Position numbers and translations under genes: made by a program
Notes under the pieces: model-generated
The model's input: only the letters and a program-made list of their open reading frames with translations
What the model was told of the DNA's origin: nothing
Databases searched by the model: none
NCBI GenBank assembly: GCA_965116495.1
Contig: OZ220696.1
Location: 1,696,001-1,760,000, forward strand
Origin: Gammaproteobacteria bacterium
GTDB taxonomy: Bacteria > Pseudomonadota > Gammaproteobacteria > Eutrophobiales > Eutrophobiaceae
Length of the DNA stretch: 64,000 nt
Direction of reading: 5' to 3'
In this document: positions 48,528-58,627 of the stretch, one piece after another
Numbering within the stretch: position 1 is the stretch's first letter
Layout of the letters: every line of letters starts with the position of its first letter

Positions 48528-49994
48528 TCATAACGGTCCTGCTCCCCCTTTCAACTTTTCTACTTCCCGCCGGATCACGTCGATGGCCAGGTCAACGGTA
48601 TCGATGTGGGTGCGGTATGACAGGATGCAAAGCCGGAGCATGTAAATATTATCGATCAGGGTCGAGGTAAGAACGATCGTGCCGTCGCGCCGCAATCTCT
48701 CTACCAGTCTCCTGTTGAACTCATCCACATCACCTTCGACACCGACATAACGGAATACGAAGATGGACAACTGGGGTTCGGGGCCGACCTCAAAACCGGG
48801 CATTGACTGTAATCTCTTCCAGGCATAACGGGCCAGCAGCAGCTTCTCGCTCAGCATGGCGCGGAACGGTGCGACGCCTATGAGTTTGAGCGGCAACCAC
48901 AGGCGCAAGGCGCGGAAATGGCGGGTCAACTCCGGGCTTACGTCCGCGGGCGAGACTTCCTGATCGTGGAAAGCCCTGTCCTGCAGGTAGTCGGCTGTAT
49001 AATAATGCGCCTGGTACAAATGCCTGCCATCCCTGATCAGTGCCGCACCCAGGCCGAACGGTGTGTGCAGTCCCTTATGCGGGTTCATAACCACCGAATC
49101 CGATAGCTCGATCCCGCGGAATTGTTCCCTGACCAGATCGCAAAGGATAAAGAAACCTCCGTAGGCCGCGTCCACGTGAAACCAGAGCCCATGCTCGCGC
49201 GTCACCGCGCCGATGCATTCCAGATCGTCAACGTTGCCAAGGTCCGTGGTGCCGGCCGAACTGACCACCAGCCACGGATCAAGTCCTGCGGAACGGTCGG
49301 CGCGAATCATCTCCACCAGGGCGTCCGGGTCCATGCCGAAATCTGCATCGGTGGCTACTTCGCGCATGACACCGCCGCCCAGGCCGGCGATGTGCAAGGC
49401 CTTGGCAACGCAATGGTGGGTAAAACGGGTGTAATACACCACGGCCCGAGTGTATTTCTCGGCTTTCAAACCATGGGCTTCCCTGGCCGTAACGATACAG
49501 GTCAGGGTAGCGATGCTGCCCCCCGAGGCCAGTACGCCTTTCGCCGTTCCCCGGCGATAGCCCACCAGTTCCGCCATCCAGTCCAGCAACTGGTATTCCA
49601 TGCGCACCGCACCGGGTGAGCTGGCAAACTCACCGGCATATTCGTCCATCACCGCCGCCATGTAATCGCCCAGGGCCGAGTAGTACATGCTGCACGGGGA
49701 TATATAACCGAAGAACTTGCCGGATACGGCACATAACGCCTGTTCGTCAACATTTTCCTTGTAGATACGCAGGATTTCCCCGATCTCCATGCCCTCTTCA
49801 GCAATGGGAGAATCATACAGGCCGGCACCCATATCCTCGGTAAAGTTAAACGCCGGACGCTGAGGGAGGTCGTGCAGGAACTGTTCGACGTAATCATTCA
49901 CCGCGCCCAGCAACTCCTTACGCCGCGCCGCACCCGGTTCGATAACGCCTGCCTGTTCCGAGAACTCGTTGATTTGTCTGATCAATTCTTCCAT
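48528..49994 (-). CDS. Group II PLP-dependent decarboxylase (aromatic amino acid decarboxylase-like)
   Basis: SGGS, AGTT, FHVDAAYGG, DSVVMNPHKGL (PLP Lys), ELTRHFRALRLW. Confidence 0.9.
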   Translation of the reverse strand: MEELIRQINEFSEQAGVIEPGAARRKELLGAVNDYVEQFLHDLPQRPAFNFTEDMGAGLYDSPIAEEGMEIGEILRIYKENVDEQALCAVSGKFFGYISPCSMYYSALGDYMAAVMDEYAGEFASSPGAVRMEYQLLDWMAELVGYRRGTAKGVLASGGSIATLTCIVTAREAHGLKAEKYTRAVVYYTRFTHHCVAKALHIAGLGGGVMREVATDADFGMDPDALVEMIRADRSAGLDPWLVVSSAGTTDLGNVDDLECIGAVTREHGLWFHVDAAYGGFFILCDLVREQFRGIELSDSVVMNPHKGLHTPFGLGAALIRDGRHLYQAHYYTADYLQDRAFHDQEVSPADVSPELTRHFRALRLWLPLKLIGVAPFRAMLSEKLLLARYAWKRLQSMPGFEVGPEPQLSIFVFRYVGVEGDVDEFNRRLVERLRRDGTIVLTSTLIDNIYMLRLCILSYRTHIDTVDLAIDVIRREVEKLKGGAGPL

Positions 49995-50030
49995 TTTATA
50001 CTTAACGACATAAATAGCGCCGCATCATAG

Positions 50031-50170
50031 TTCGTCATTCCGGCGCCCCGTTCGTCATTCCGGCACCCCCGTCCGTCATTCCGGCGGAAGCCGGAATCAA
50101 GTAATATACAAACATTCCTTATAAGGAGTTTTGTTGTCTACTAGATTCCGGCTTCCGCCGGAATGACGAA
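50031..50170. repeat. CGTC-type REP cluster (three tandem heads + inverted partner)
   Basis: CGTCATTCCGGC x3, the last complete (..GGAAGCCGGAATC), and inverted GATTCCGGCTTCCGCCGGAATGACG at 50144-50168. Confidence 0.85.
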
Positions 50171-50193
50171 CAGGAGGAGGCGGTTCATTTTAT

Positions 50194-51939
50194 TCAGGCA
50201 GCGGCGCCCTGCTCGAACAGGCTGTCGCGCAGGGGCGGTTTTGTCTTGGCCAGAACGCAGACTTCCGGGGGAATATCGAACACCAGTGCATGGTCGGGAC
50301 CGATGCCCTCCTCGCGCAGACAATCGGCTATATTATCGTCCACCTCGGTAAACCCGGCCCGACGATTAAACTCCCATTCATCTTCCAGGCACTGCCAGCC
50401 CAGGTCGACAATCTGCCGGCGCGTCACCTCTTCGCCGTAAAACAGGCTGTAACAGCGGCGTATTTCATCAAGGTTGGGCTGCATGAACTGGCATAGGCCG
50501 GAAGAGTCGCATACGGCATTGACGATCTGCGCATCCTGGGACGCGCGTACCGCATCTTCTCCGGCCAACTCGGGGTCGATTACCAGGCCGGCGGTGTGAT
50601 CCGCGCCCATGGCGCTGGTGGCGTAAGTCACGCCTGCGGCCTTCAGCGGGCGCGGGTCCCAGGCCGGCAGGGCCTGTCCTTTTGCCACGGGGATACGGGA
50701 GTGGTTGCGGTGCGTGCCGATAGACAGGGCCCCGTCACCCACCAGCCGGCCGATTTCCGTACCGTTGCCGACATCATTACGTAACAAAATCTTTACTGCG
50801 TCCGCATCGCCCCATTCCATGCCGCCGGAATCCATGTACACGGCAATGGCCGCGCCCGTCTCTATGGTATCCATCCCCAGTTCATCACAGAGTCGGTCCA
50901 GGTCGGCAACGTCCTCCCAGTTATTTATCGCACAACAGGAACCCAGCAGGGTCAGGGTCTCAAACTCCAGAGCGGAGGTCACGTAATTGCCGGACTCGTC
51001 ATGAATGATGTTGGAACAGCGGACAATGCAGCCGGCCATGCAGTTGTGCATCCCACCGCCGCGTTCTGCGAACGCCTCATGGATGCGGGCTCCATCCAGT
51101 TTATCCACATCCGGGTTCCTGCCCTCGGTCCGGTTCTTGTAGGGAAATGTGTGCAGCATGTTGGCCATGGGGACACCGGTGCTGGTACCGCCCTTGAATA
51201 TATTGTGGCGGCCGTCACTTAAATAGCTCTGGCTGAAGGTCTTGTTATTTGCGTTAAAGGCCTTGTTGTCCGCCGACGCTCTGAGACGCGCCTTGCCCCG
51301 GTCTATCAGCACCCATTTCAGGCACTTGGAACCCATCACCGCGCCGACCCCGCCGCGCGCGGCATGGCGCGCAGGCCGCCGCCCCTTGCTCTTGTCGGTG
51401 GTAGCAACGGAGGCGGTCTTCAGCATCATCTCGCCGGCGGGGCCGATGCTGATCGCACAGGCGTTTTTGGAACGCCCGGCCAGCAGCTTCTCGCAACTGA
51501 CATAGTTCCACATGCCCTTGTAGTCATCCGCGCCGATCAGTTCCACACCCTCTGCCGTCACCGCCAGCCCCCAGCGCCGCTCCCGGTCTGCAGGTTGGCC
51601 GGTTACGACGATGCCCCGGTAACCCAGTTTCATCAGGTCCTGGCCCGGCTCGCCACCGGTATTGGCCTCCTTTATCCCACCGGTAAGGGGGCTTTTACAG
51701 CCTACGGACAAACGTCCCGAAGTGGGCACCGAAGTGCCTGACAACACGCCCGGGGCCAGCACCAGGATGTTATCCGGACCCAGGGGGTCACATGCGGGGT
51801 CGCACTCATCCAGCAATATCCGCGCAGATAGGGAACGCCCACCCAGGTATTTCCAGTCTGCCGGATAATCCTCAATCGAAACGGTCAAAGCCGTCATATC
51901 GACACGGATCAGCTTGTCGTTGTCCCAAACACCGCTCAT
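50194..51939 (-). CDS. Aldehyde:ferredoxin oxidoreductase family (tungstopterin, 4Fe-4S)
   Basis: KSPLTGGIKEAN, IGPAGE, AARGGVGAVMGSK, CMAGCIVRC, CDELGMDTI, GADHT, DSSGLCQF; GAGGAG RBS before ATG 51939. Confidence 0.92.
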   Translation of the reverse strand: MSGVWDNDKLIRVDMTALTVSIEDYPADWKYLGGRSLSARILLDECDPACDPLGPDNILVLAPGVLSGTSVPTSGRLSVGCKSPLTGGIKEANTGGEPGQDLMKLGYRGIVVTGQPADRERRWGLAVTAEGVELIGADDYKGMWNYVSCEKLLAGRSKNACAISIGPAGEMMLKTASVATTDKSKGRRPARHAARGGVGAVMGSKCLKWVLIDRGKARLRASADNKAFNANNKTFSQSYLSDGRHNIFKGGTSTGVPMANMLHTFPYKNRTEGRNPDVDKLDGARIHEAFAERGGGMHNCMAGCIVRCSNIIHDESGNYVTSALEFETLTLLGSCCAINNWEDVADLDRLCDELGMDTIETGAAIAVYMDSGGMEWGDADAVKILLRNDVGNGTEIGRLVGDGALSIGTHRNHSRIPVAKGQALPAWDPRPLKAAGVTYATSAMGADHTAGLVIDPELAGEDAVRASQDAQIVNAVCDSSGLCQFMQPNLDEIRRCYSLFYGEEVTRRQIVDLGWQCLEDEWEFNRRAGFTEVDDNIADCLREEGIGPDHALVFDIPPEVCVLAKTKPPLRDSLFEQGAAA

Positions 51940-52046
51940 ATCAGTCTCCTCGGCTATTGCAAGTCGGCTTATTATCACCAGTGCAACACTGATAGTCCAA
52001 CACTTTGTACTAACCCAGGTACGCTTGCTGTTTGCACGTGGAGCGC

Positions 52047-52148
52047 AAATTTGGGACACCCATAAATTAGTGGAACGCAAATTTGTTGTTGGCGAATTTA
52101 TGGTTGTCCCAAATTTGTTCGGCCCGAATTTATGGTTGTCCCAAATTT
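52047..52148. repeat. AAATTTGGGACA(C/A)CCATAAATT cluster (1 direct copy + 2 inverted)
   Basis: Same unit as 46996-47108, in the divergent AOR/P450 intergenic region. Confidence 0.85.
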
Positions 52149-52201
52149 GTTGCTGTTAGCAAAACGTAGCCTGCCCCTTTTTAACGAGGTAGTATGACAA
52201 T

Positions 52202-53425
52202 ATGCAGGACAAAAAACAGAAAGTATCCGTCGCGGACTTCAGCCTCACCGATTTGCCCGATGATTACTACGAAGACCCCTATCCCTACTACCATGCATTG
52301 CGGGAACAGGATCCCGTACGCCGCTTTGCGGACGGCAGCTACTTCTTTACCCGTCACGCCGACCTGTTCCGTATCTATCGCGACCCGAAACTGTTCAGCT
52401 CCGATAAAAAGAAGATGTTCAAACCCCTGTTCGGGGACACATTATTATATGAGCACCATACCACCAGCCTGGTATTTAATGACCCGCCGCTACATACCCA
52501 TGTACGCAAGGCAATCGGCGATGCCCTGTCGCAGAAGACCCTGATTGCCATGGAACCGGGTCTGCGTGAATTCACCGCAGGATTACTGGACAGCATCGAA
52601 GACAAGGGAGAGTTCGACGCGATGTCCGATTTTGCCACCCTTATCCCAGTCGAGGTGATCGGTAACCTGTTACGCCTCCCCCGTGAGGATCGCGGGATGC
52701 TGCAGCGCTGGGCGAACGCCATACTGGGCGCGCTTGAATTTGACCTGTCGAAAGAAAAGCTGGAGTACGGGAACCGCTGTGTCAGCGAATTCCTGGACTA
52801 TCTCGCCGATCTGGTGAAGGACCGCCGAAAAAACCTTTCCGATGATTACGACGATATATTGAGCCGGTTGATAAAATGGGAATCCGATGGTTTTGTATTA
52901 TCCGATAAACAGCTTTATCACCAGTGTATTTTCATACTGAATGCCGGTCATGAAACGACCACGAATCTCATCGGCCACAGTATCTATTGTTTGCTTACCC
53001 ACCCGGACCAGTTGCAACTGCTGAAACAGAAGCCTGAATTAGCCGGTTCCGCCATCGAAGAGATCCTGAGATATGAGGCGCCGGTACAACTCGGCAACAG
53101 GGCAACCACCGAAGCGGTGCAATTCGATGACGTCAGCATACCGGCCGGGAAGACCTTGACCTTCGCCATCGGCGCGGCAAACAGGGACCCCGCCGTGTAC
53201 CCTGAGCCCGACCGGCTGGACATTACCCGCAATCCCCGCAACCACATGGCCTTCGCCGGCGGCATTCATACCTGCGCCGGCCTCAACGTGGCGCGACTGG
53301 AAGCGCGCATTGCCGTCCCGGCGCTGCTCAACCGCTTCCCCGGCCTGACCTTGACCGGCAGGCCGGTACGAGACAAACGTGCCCGTTTCAGGGGCCTGCT
53401 GTCATTGCCGATGTCCATTCGCTGA
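52202..53425 (+). CDS. Cytochrome P450
   Basis: I-helix AGHETT, ExxR (EILR), heme motif FAGGIHTCAG. Confidence 0.95.
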   Translation: MQDKKQKVSVADFSLTDLPDDYYEDPYPYYHALREQDPVRRFADGSYFFTRHADLFRIYRDPKLFSSDKKKMFKPLFGDTLLYEHHTTSLVFNDPPLHTHVRKAIGDALSQKTLIAMEPGLREFTAGLLDSIEDKGEFDAMSDFATLIPVEVIGNLLRLPREDRGMLQRWANAILGALEFDLSKEKLEYGNRCVSEFLDYLADLVKDRRKNLSDDYDDILSRLIKWESDGFVLSDKQLYHQCIFILNAGHETTTNLIGHSIYCLLTHPDQLQLLKQKPELAGSAIEEILRYEAPVQLGNRATTEAVQFDDVSIPAGKTLTFAIGAANRDPAVYPEPDRLDITRNPRNHMAFAGGIHTCAGLNVARLEARIAVPALLNRFPGLTLTGRPVRDKRARFRGLLSLPMSIR

Positions 53426-53459
53426 TTAATAAGATGCGTGGGGTCAGAGTAGGCGCACA

Positions 53460-53903
53460 TCAAAATTCCTGCACACTTAACTTATCAAGCAATCTCTCCA
53501 GTTGCGATTGTTCCTGCTCCGTCAACGCGGCTTTCAACTCCGCCTCATAAGTCAGCGCCAGGGGGACAATCTGCGCGTACATGGCGTAACCTGCTTCGGA
53601 CAGGCATAAAATTGAGCGGCGCCGGTCATCTCCGGAAAAATTACGCTTGAGCAATCCCTTGTTGAGCAGTTTTGTCACCGCCCGGCTAACCGGCACCTTG
53701 TCCATTTCGGTCTCGCTGCAAACGTCATCGGCGGACAGTCCCGGCTGCTGGCCAAGCATAGCCATCACCCGCCACTCGGGAATACTCAATCCGAATTTCT
53801 CCGAGTAGAGCCGGAAAAAGGAAGCGCTGATGCGGTTGGTAACGATGGACAACCGATAAGGCAGGAACTCCTTCAGGTTCAGTCCCGGGTTCTGCTGGCT
53901 CAT
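53460..53903 (-). CDS. MarR-family transcriptional regulator
   Basis: FLPYRLS, EWRVMA, MDKVPVSRAV, DRRRS..LSEAG; downstream of hmgA. Confidence 0.92.
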   Translation of the reverse strand: MSQQNPGLNLKEFLPYRLSIVTNRISASFFRLYSEKFGLSIPEWRVMAMLGQQPGLSADDVCSETEMDKVPVSRAVTKLLNKGLLKRNFSGDDRRRSILCLSEAGYAMYAQIVPLALTYEAELKAALTEQEQSQLERLLDKLSVQEF

Positions 53904-53975
53904 GCTGCTTTTCGAAGCAAAATCAAAGGGGCCAGACTCATTTGATTTTTCCGGCGCCGAAATGGTATCCGTTAA

Positions 53976-55310
53976 TCAGGATTTAAAGTGTTTTTTCAGC
54001 TTCTGCCAGCAGTCAACATAATTCCGCTGCCGTTGCGCCGACTCCAGGGCGAAGCGGGTCGGCTGGATCACGTAGCGGGACTCGAACATGAAGGCCATGG
54101 TTGCCTCCTGCTTGACCGGCGCCAGTCTGGTCTTGGAAGAGCCTTCGAAAGCCGTTTCGTCAGGGCCGTGGGCGGACATACAATTGTGCAGGCTGGCGCC
54201 GCCCGGCACGAATCCTTCCGGTTTGGCGTCATACTTGCCGTAAATCAGGCCCATGAACTCACTCATGACGTTGCGGTGGTACCAAGGCGCCCGGAAAGTA
54301 TCTTCAGCCACCATCCAGCGCGGCGGAAAGATCACGAAATCCACGTTGGCGGTTCCCGGTGTATCGGAGGGTGAAGTCAATACCGTATAGATGGACGGGT
54401 CAGGATGGTCATAACTGACCGTATTGATCACGTTGAACAACTCAAGTCCATATTTATATGGCACTGAATTGCCCACCCAGGCAACCACATCCAGGGGTGA
54501 GTGATCGATGGCGCAGCCATGCAGCCTGCCGGAAAACTTGCACACCAGTTCGAACTCGCCCTGTTGGTCCTGGTAGGCCGCAACCGGCGCCTTGAAGTCC
54601 CGATCATTGGCGAACCCATCGGAACCGACGGGCCCGCGTTCCGGCAGGCGGAAATGGGCGCCGTAGTTTTCACAAACGTACCCGCGGCCGGGTCCGTCGG
54701 GCAAGTCCACGCAGAACTTCATCCCGCGCGGGATCAGCGCGACCTCCCCGGGCTGCACGTCAAGCCGGCCGCATTCCGTATGGATATCCAGCCTCCCCTG
54801 CTGCGGCACGATCAGTAGCTCGCCGTCCGCGTCGTAGAAATAGCGGCCCTCCATGGAACGGTTCGCCAGGTAATAATGAATGCCGCAACCGACCTGCGTG
54901 GCCGCGTTGCCGTTGGCGGCAAACGTCACCAGGCCATCGATGAAATCAGCCGGCGTGTCTGGTATCGGGATGGGGTCCCAGCGCATCTGGTTGGGTGGCG
55001 GCGCTACATCCATGATGGGTCCGTTAAAGATGCGCGACTGCTCCAAGGGACGGAAATCGCCATGCGTCACCGAGGGCCGGATACGGTAAAACCAGGTGCG
55101 GCGGTTCGATTCCCGCGGCGCGGTGAAGGCGGTGCTGCTGAGCTTCTCCGCGTACAACCCGTAAGCCACTTTCTGCGGGGAAAACCTGCCCTGGGGCAAG
55201 GCCCCCGCCAGGGCCTCGGATTCATGCTCATTGCCGAACCCGCTCAGGTATTCATATGCCTCGGCGGTTTCCGCAACTTCTGCTACTCTTGGGCTGACAA
55301 CTGTTGCCAT
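53976..55310 (-). CDS. hmgA: Homogentisate 1,2-dioxygenase
   Basis: [60 protein letters not shown]. Confidence 0.97.
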   Translation of the reverse strand: MATVVSPRVAEVAETAEAYEYLSGFGNEHESEALAGALPQGRFSPQKVAYGLYAEKLSSTAFTAPRESNRRTWFYRIRPSVTHGDFRPLEQSRIFNGPIMDVAPPPNQMRWDPIPIPDTPADFIDGLVTFAANGNAATQVGCGIHYYLANRSMEGRYFYDADGELLIVPQQGRLDIHTECGRLDVQPGEVALIPRGMKFCVDLPDGPGRGYVCENYGAHFRLPERGPVGSDGFANDRDFKAPVAAYQDQQGEFELVCKFSGRLHGCAIDHSPLDVVAWVGNSVPYKYGLELFNVINTVSYDHPDPSIYTVLTSPSDTPGTANVDFVIFPPRWMVAEDTFRAPWYHRNVMSEFMGLIYGKYDAKPEGFVPGGASLHNCMSAHGPDETAFEGSSKTRLAPVKQEATMAFMFESRYVIQPTRFALESAQRQRNYVDCWQKLKKHFKS

Positions 55311-55342
55311 GATGAATCTCCTGCAGGATTTGTTAAAACACA

Positions 55343-55366
55343 GTATAGTTACAAATGTAACTAATT
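55343..55366. promoter_or_regulatory. Palindromic operator (likely MarR) inside the hmgA promoter; left copy of a 24-bp direct repeat
   Basis: TAGTTACA-AA-TGTAACTA; minus-strand TTTACA-N18-TATACT spans it. Confidence 0.75.
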
Positions 55367-55396
55367 GTAAAGAAACCTTCGACCCCGGCGCCTATT

Positions 55397-55478
55397 CGTC
55401 ATTCCTGCGCAAGCAGGAATCCAGTAAAATTAGCGAAGATACGATAACAGACAGGTTCCTGCTTACACAGGAACGACA
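55397..55478. repeat. CGTC-type REP with degenerate inverted partner
   Basis: CGTCATTCCTGCGCAAGCAGGAATCCAG ... GGTTCCTGCTTACACAGGAACGAC. Confidence 0.7.
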
Positions 55479-55522
55479 GAAACTACTAATGACAAGTTGT
55501 TTTCACCCGCGAACACAACAAC

Positions 55523-56359
55523 ATGGCCGCGGCCCGGGCGTTCGACCAGGCCGATGAACTGGCCGCGTTCCGCACCGAATCCACCTTTCCGACCAATATC
55601 GAGGGTGAACCATTACTGTACTTCGCCGGCCACTCGCTGGGCCTCATGCCCAACCGCGCCCGCGAGGCGCTGAATGCCGAGTGCGACGCCTGGGGCAAAT
55701 ACGCCGTCAAAGGGCACTTTGAATCCGAACGACCCTGGGTACGCTGTCACACCTATGTCGCGGACAGCCTGGCGCGCCTCAGCGGCGCCAAACCGTCCGA
55801 AGTGGTGGCGATGAATACGCTCACCGTCAACCTGCACCTGATGCTGGTCAGTTTTTACCGTCCGACGAAAACCCGTTACAAGATCATCATCGAAAAAAAC
55901 GCTTTCCCGTCGGACCAGTACGCGGTCGATTCACAGGCCCGTTTTCACGGGTTTTACCCTGATGACGCCATTGTCGAACTTGAGCCGAAACCGGGACAAC
56001 CGGCCATAGCCGATGATGACGTCCTGGAACTGTTCGATGCGGCTACCATGCCCAGGGTGCGCGCGAAGAGCGAACAACTGACTTCGTACCTGGAATGGCT
56101 TTTGCTGGAGAACGTCAGCGACTTCGTAGAGGTGCTGACGCCCCCACACACACTGGCAAAACAGACCCGCGGCTGTACCTTGTCGCTACGCTTCAAGAAA
56201 GACCCCAGGGGGATGTTGAAAGTATTATCTGACCGGGGCGCAGTCACGGATTTCAGGGAGCCGGATATCATCCGCGTCGCGCCCATCCCCCTGTATAACA
56301 GCTTTGAGGATGTGTACCGATTCAGTGAGATTGTGGCGGAGTTCTGCAGTAACGGATAA
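55523..56359 (+). pseudogene. kynU: Second kynureninase with in-frame internal deletion of the PLP-lysine region
   Basis: YFAGHSLGLMP, EVVAMNTLTVNLHLMLVSFYRP, AFPSDQY and C-terminal DFREPDIIRVAPIPLYN present; DLAH and YKY motifs absent; only 278 aa. Confidence 0.85.
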
Positions 56360-56455
56360 GCACCAGACTTATCTTACCTCGGGTTAGTGCCCTCAGTATA
56401 AGGACTCGTGTCCTGATCAGGAGAAAGGATGCGGCCGCATTATTTCAATTTTCTC

Positions 56456-56485
56456 TTGACAAAATATTTCTGTATCTTCTATACT
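56456..56485 (+). promoter_or_regulatory. Sigma-70 promoter of the R-M locus
   Basis: TTGACA-N18-TATACT. Confidence 0.7.
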
Positions 56486-56502
56486 GCAATAAAAAATACT
56501 AT

Positions 56503-57093
56503 TTGAAGATGATTGAGGCATTAAAATATATCGCTTCCATTCAGACCGGGCTGACTTTCCGTACTCGTCTTGAGCATTCGCCAAAAGGTAATATTACGGT
56601 GATTCAGATGAAGGACTTCAGTGCTGACAACCGCGTTGCCTTTGAAAAACTCACCCTTATAGAGATACAGAATTTGAAAGAACGTCAAATGGTACAAATT
56701 GACGATCTGATATTCCGCCCCCGAGGTTTCAGGAATACTGCAGCACTGGTAAGCCGAGAGCTCAACGACACAACACTAGCCGCCCCCCTGTTACGTGTAC
56801 GGGTACATGATGCAACTGTTTTGCCGGCGTATCTCTGCTGGTTCATCAACTTGCCGGTATCTCAGTCTTTCCTGCAAAGACACGCCAACGGCACAGCCAT
56901 GAAAATGATCGGCAAGAAAGCCCTGGAAGCACTTGAGGTGCTTATTCCATCCGTTCCGACACAACAACGCATCGTTGAATTAAGCCACCTTGCTGACAGA
57001 GAGCAAAACATACTTGAGAGTTTGTCAGTAAAACGCAGGCAATTAGTGGATAGCAGATTAATGCGGGTCATAACAACTTCGCGTCATCCGTAA
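56503..57093 (+). CDS. hsdS: Half-size type I R-M specificity subunit (single TRD)
   Basis: One TRD (IQMKD..DDLIF..YLCWFIN) plus conserved P..TQQRIVEL helix; 196 aa; upstream of hsdM. Confidence 0.8.
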   Translation: MKMIEALKYIASIQTGLTFRTRLEHSPKGNITVIQMKDFSADNRVAFEKLTLIEIQNLKERQMVQIDDLIFRPRGFRNTAALVSRELNDTTLAAPLLRVRVHDATVLPAYLCWFINLPVSQSFLQRHANGTAMKMIGKKALEALEVLIPSVPTQQRIVELSHLADREQNILESLSVKRRQLVDSRLMRVITTSRHP

Positions 57094-57118
57094 GCAAGCC
57101 CAAACGGCAGAACAAACA

Positions 57119-58627
57119 GTGATCAAAGTACAACAAAAAGACATTAACAAAGCCGCCTGGGATGCCTGCGACACATTCCGTGGAGTGCTGGACCCGGCAC
57201 AGTACAAGGATTACATCCTGGTCATGCTTTTTGTGAAATACATCTCCGATATATGGAACGACCATTATGAAACCTACCGCAAGGAATACCGGGATGATGA
57301 AGTACGCATCCGCCGCCGTTTGCAACGCGAACGATTTGTTCTTCCTGAAGGCGATAGTTTCTATGATCTTTACGAAAGCCGTAATGAGGCCAATATCGGT
57401 GAGCTAATCAATACCGCTCTGGACGCCATCGAAACCGAGAACAGACTGAAACTGGAAGGATTGTTCCGTAATATCGATTTTAACTCTGAGGCTAACCTCG
57501 GCAAAACCAGTGATCGTAACCGTCGCCTGAAAACCCTGCTTGAAGACTTCAACAAAGCGGAACTTGACATGCGCCCCAGCCGGGTTCCCGGAGATGTTAT
57601 AGGCAACACCTACATCTACCTGATCGAGCGTTTTGCCTCTGATGCGGGCAAGAAGGCAGGAGAGTTCTATACCCCACACAAGGTCTCCGAACTGGTGGCG
57701 AAACTGTGCGCGCCAAAGCCGGGCGCCCGCATCTGCGACCCGGCTTGCGGGTCAGGCGGTCTTTTGATAGAAGCAGCGCAGGTGGTAGGCAACAATGATT
57801 ATGCGCTCTACGGCATGGAGGTCAACGGCAGTACCTGGGCGCTGGCCAGGATGAACATGTTTTTGCATGGCGCAGATGCTGCCCGAATAGAATGGTGCGA
57901 TACCTTGACTGCCCCTGCGCTGGTAGAAAACGACCGCCTGATGACATTCGACAACGTGGTCGCCAATCCACCATTTTCATTGAAAAAGTGGGGCGCCGAA
58001 GCCGGCAGTGAAGATCCGTATAACCGCTTCTGGCGCGGGTTGCCCCCGGTCTCCAAAGGTGATTTTGCCTTCATCAGTCACATGATAGAAATCGCCGTTG
58101 GAAACAGGGGCCGTGTCGCGGTAGTCGTCCCCCACGGCGTCCTGTTTCGAGGCGCTGCGGAGGGCCGCATAAGACGTAAGCTGATTGAAGACAACCTGCT
58201 CGATATGGTAATCGGCCTGCCTGGCAACCTGTTCCCTACTACCAGCATCCCGGTCGCAATCCTGATATTTGACCGCTCCCGCGAACAGGGCGGGCTTAAC
58301 GCCGGTCGCAAAGACGTGCTCTTTGTCGACGCCAGCAAAGATTACCAGCCTGGCAAGAACCAGAACGCCCTGCTGGACGAGCACATCGAAAAGATCCTGG
58401 AGACCTGCAAAGAACGCGAGGACGTTGAAAAGTATGCACACCTGGCCGACTTTGATGAGATCGCGGAAAACGACTTCAACCTGAACATTCCGCGCTACGT
58501 CGATACCTACGAGGAAGAGGAAGAAATCGATATCGACGCGGTACAACGGGAAATTGACCGGCTTGAAGAAGAACTGTCCAGGGTACGGGTGGAAATGGCG
58601 GAGAAAATGAAAGAAATCCAAAGATGA
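57119..58627 (+). CDS. hsdM: Type I R-M methyltransferase (m6A)
   Basis: GEFYTP, DPACGSGG (motif I), VANPPF (motif IV), HGVLFRG, NLNIPRY. Confidence 0.96.
   Translation: MIKVQQKDINKAAWDACDTFRGVLDPAQYKDYILVMLFVKYISDIWNDHYETYRKEYRDDEVRIRRRLQRERFVLPEGDSFYDLYESRNEANIGELINTALDAIETENRLKLEGLFRNIDFNSEANLGKTSDRNRRLKTLLEDFNKAELDMRPSRVPGDVIGNTYIYLIERFASDAGKKAGEFYTPHKVSELVAKLCAPKPGARICDPACGSGGLLIEAAQVVGNNDYALYGMEVNGSTWALARMNMFLHGADAARIEWCDTLTAPALVENDRLMTFDNVVANPPFSLKKWGAEAGSEDPYNRFWRGLPPVSKGDFAFISHMIEIAVGNRGRVAVVVPHGVLFRGAAEGRIRRKLIEDNLLDMVIGLPGNLFPTTSIPVAILIFDRSREQGGLNAGRKDVLFVDASKDYQPGKNQNALLDEHIEKILETCKEREDVEKYAHLADFDEIAENDFNLNIPRYVDTYEEEEEIDIDAVQREIDRLEEELSRVRVEMAEKMKEIQR

Noticed and set aside
51940-52080. 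N-terminal extensions given by the ORF track (AOR; also TBDR 1671, SDR 8698, dioxygenase 13365, aminotransferase 48478, L4 26309)
   Set aside because: They run through repeats or neighbouring genes; downstream starts fit RBS position and/or family length better.
55343-55366. dif/XerCD site
   Set aside because: Does not match the 11-6-11 layout or the TTATGTTAAAT XerD arm; fits a MarR-type palindrome better.
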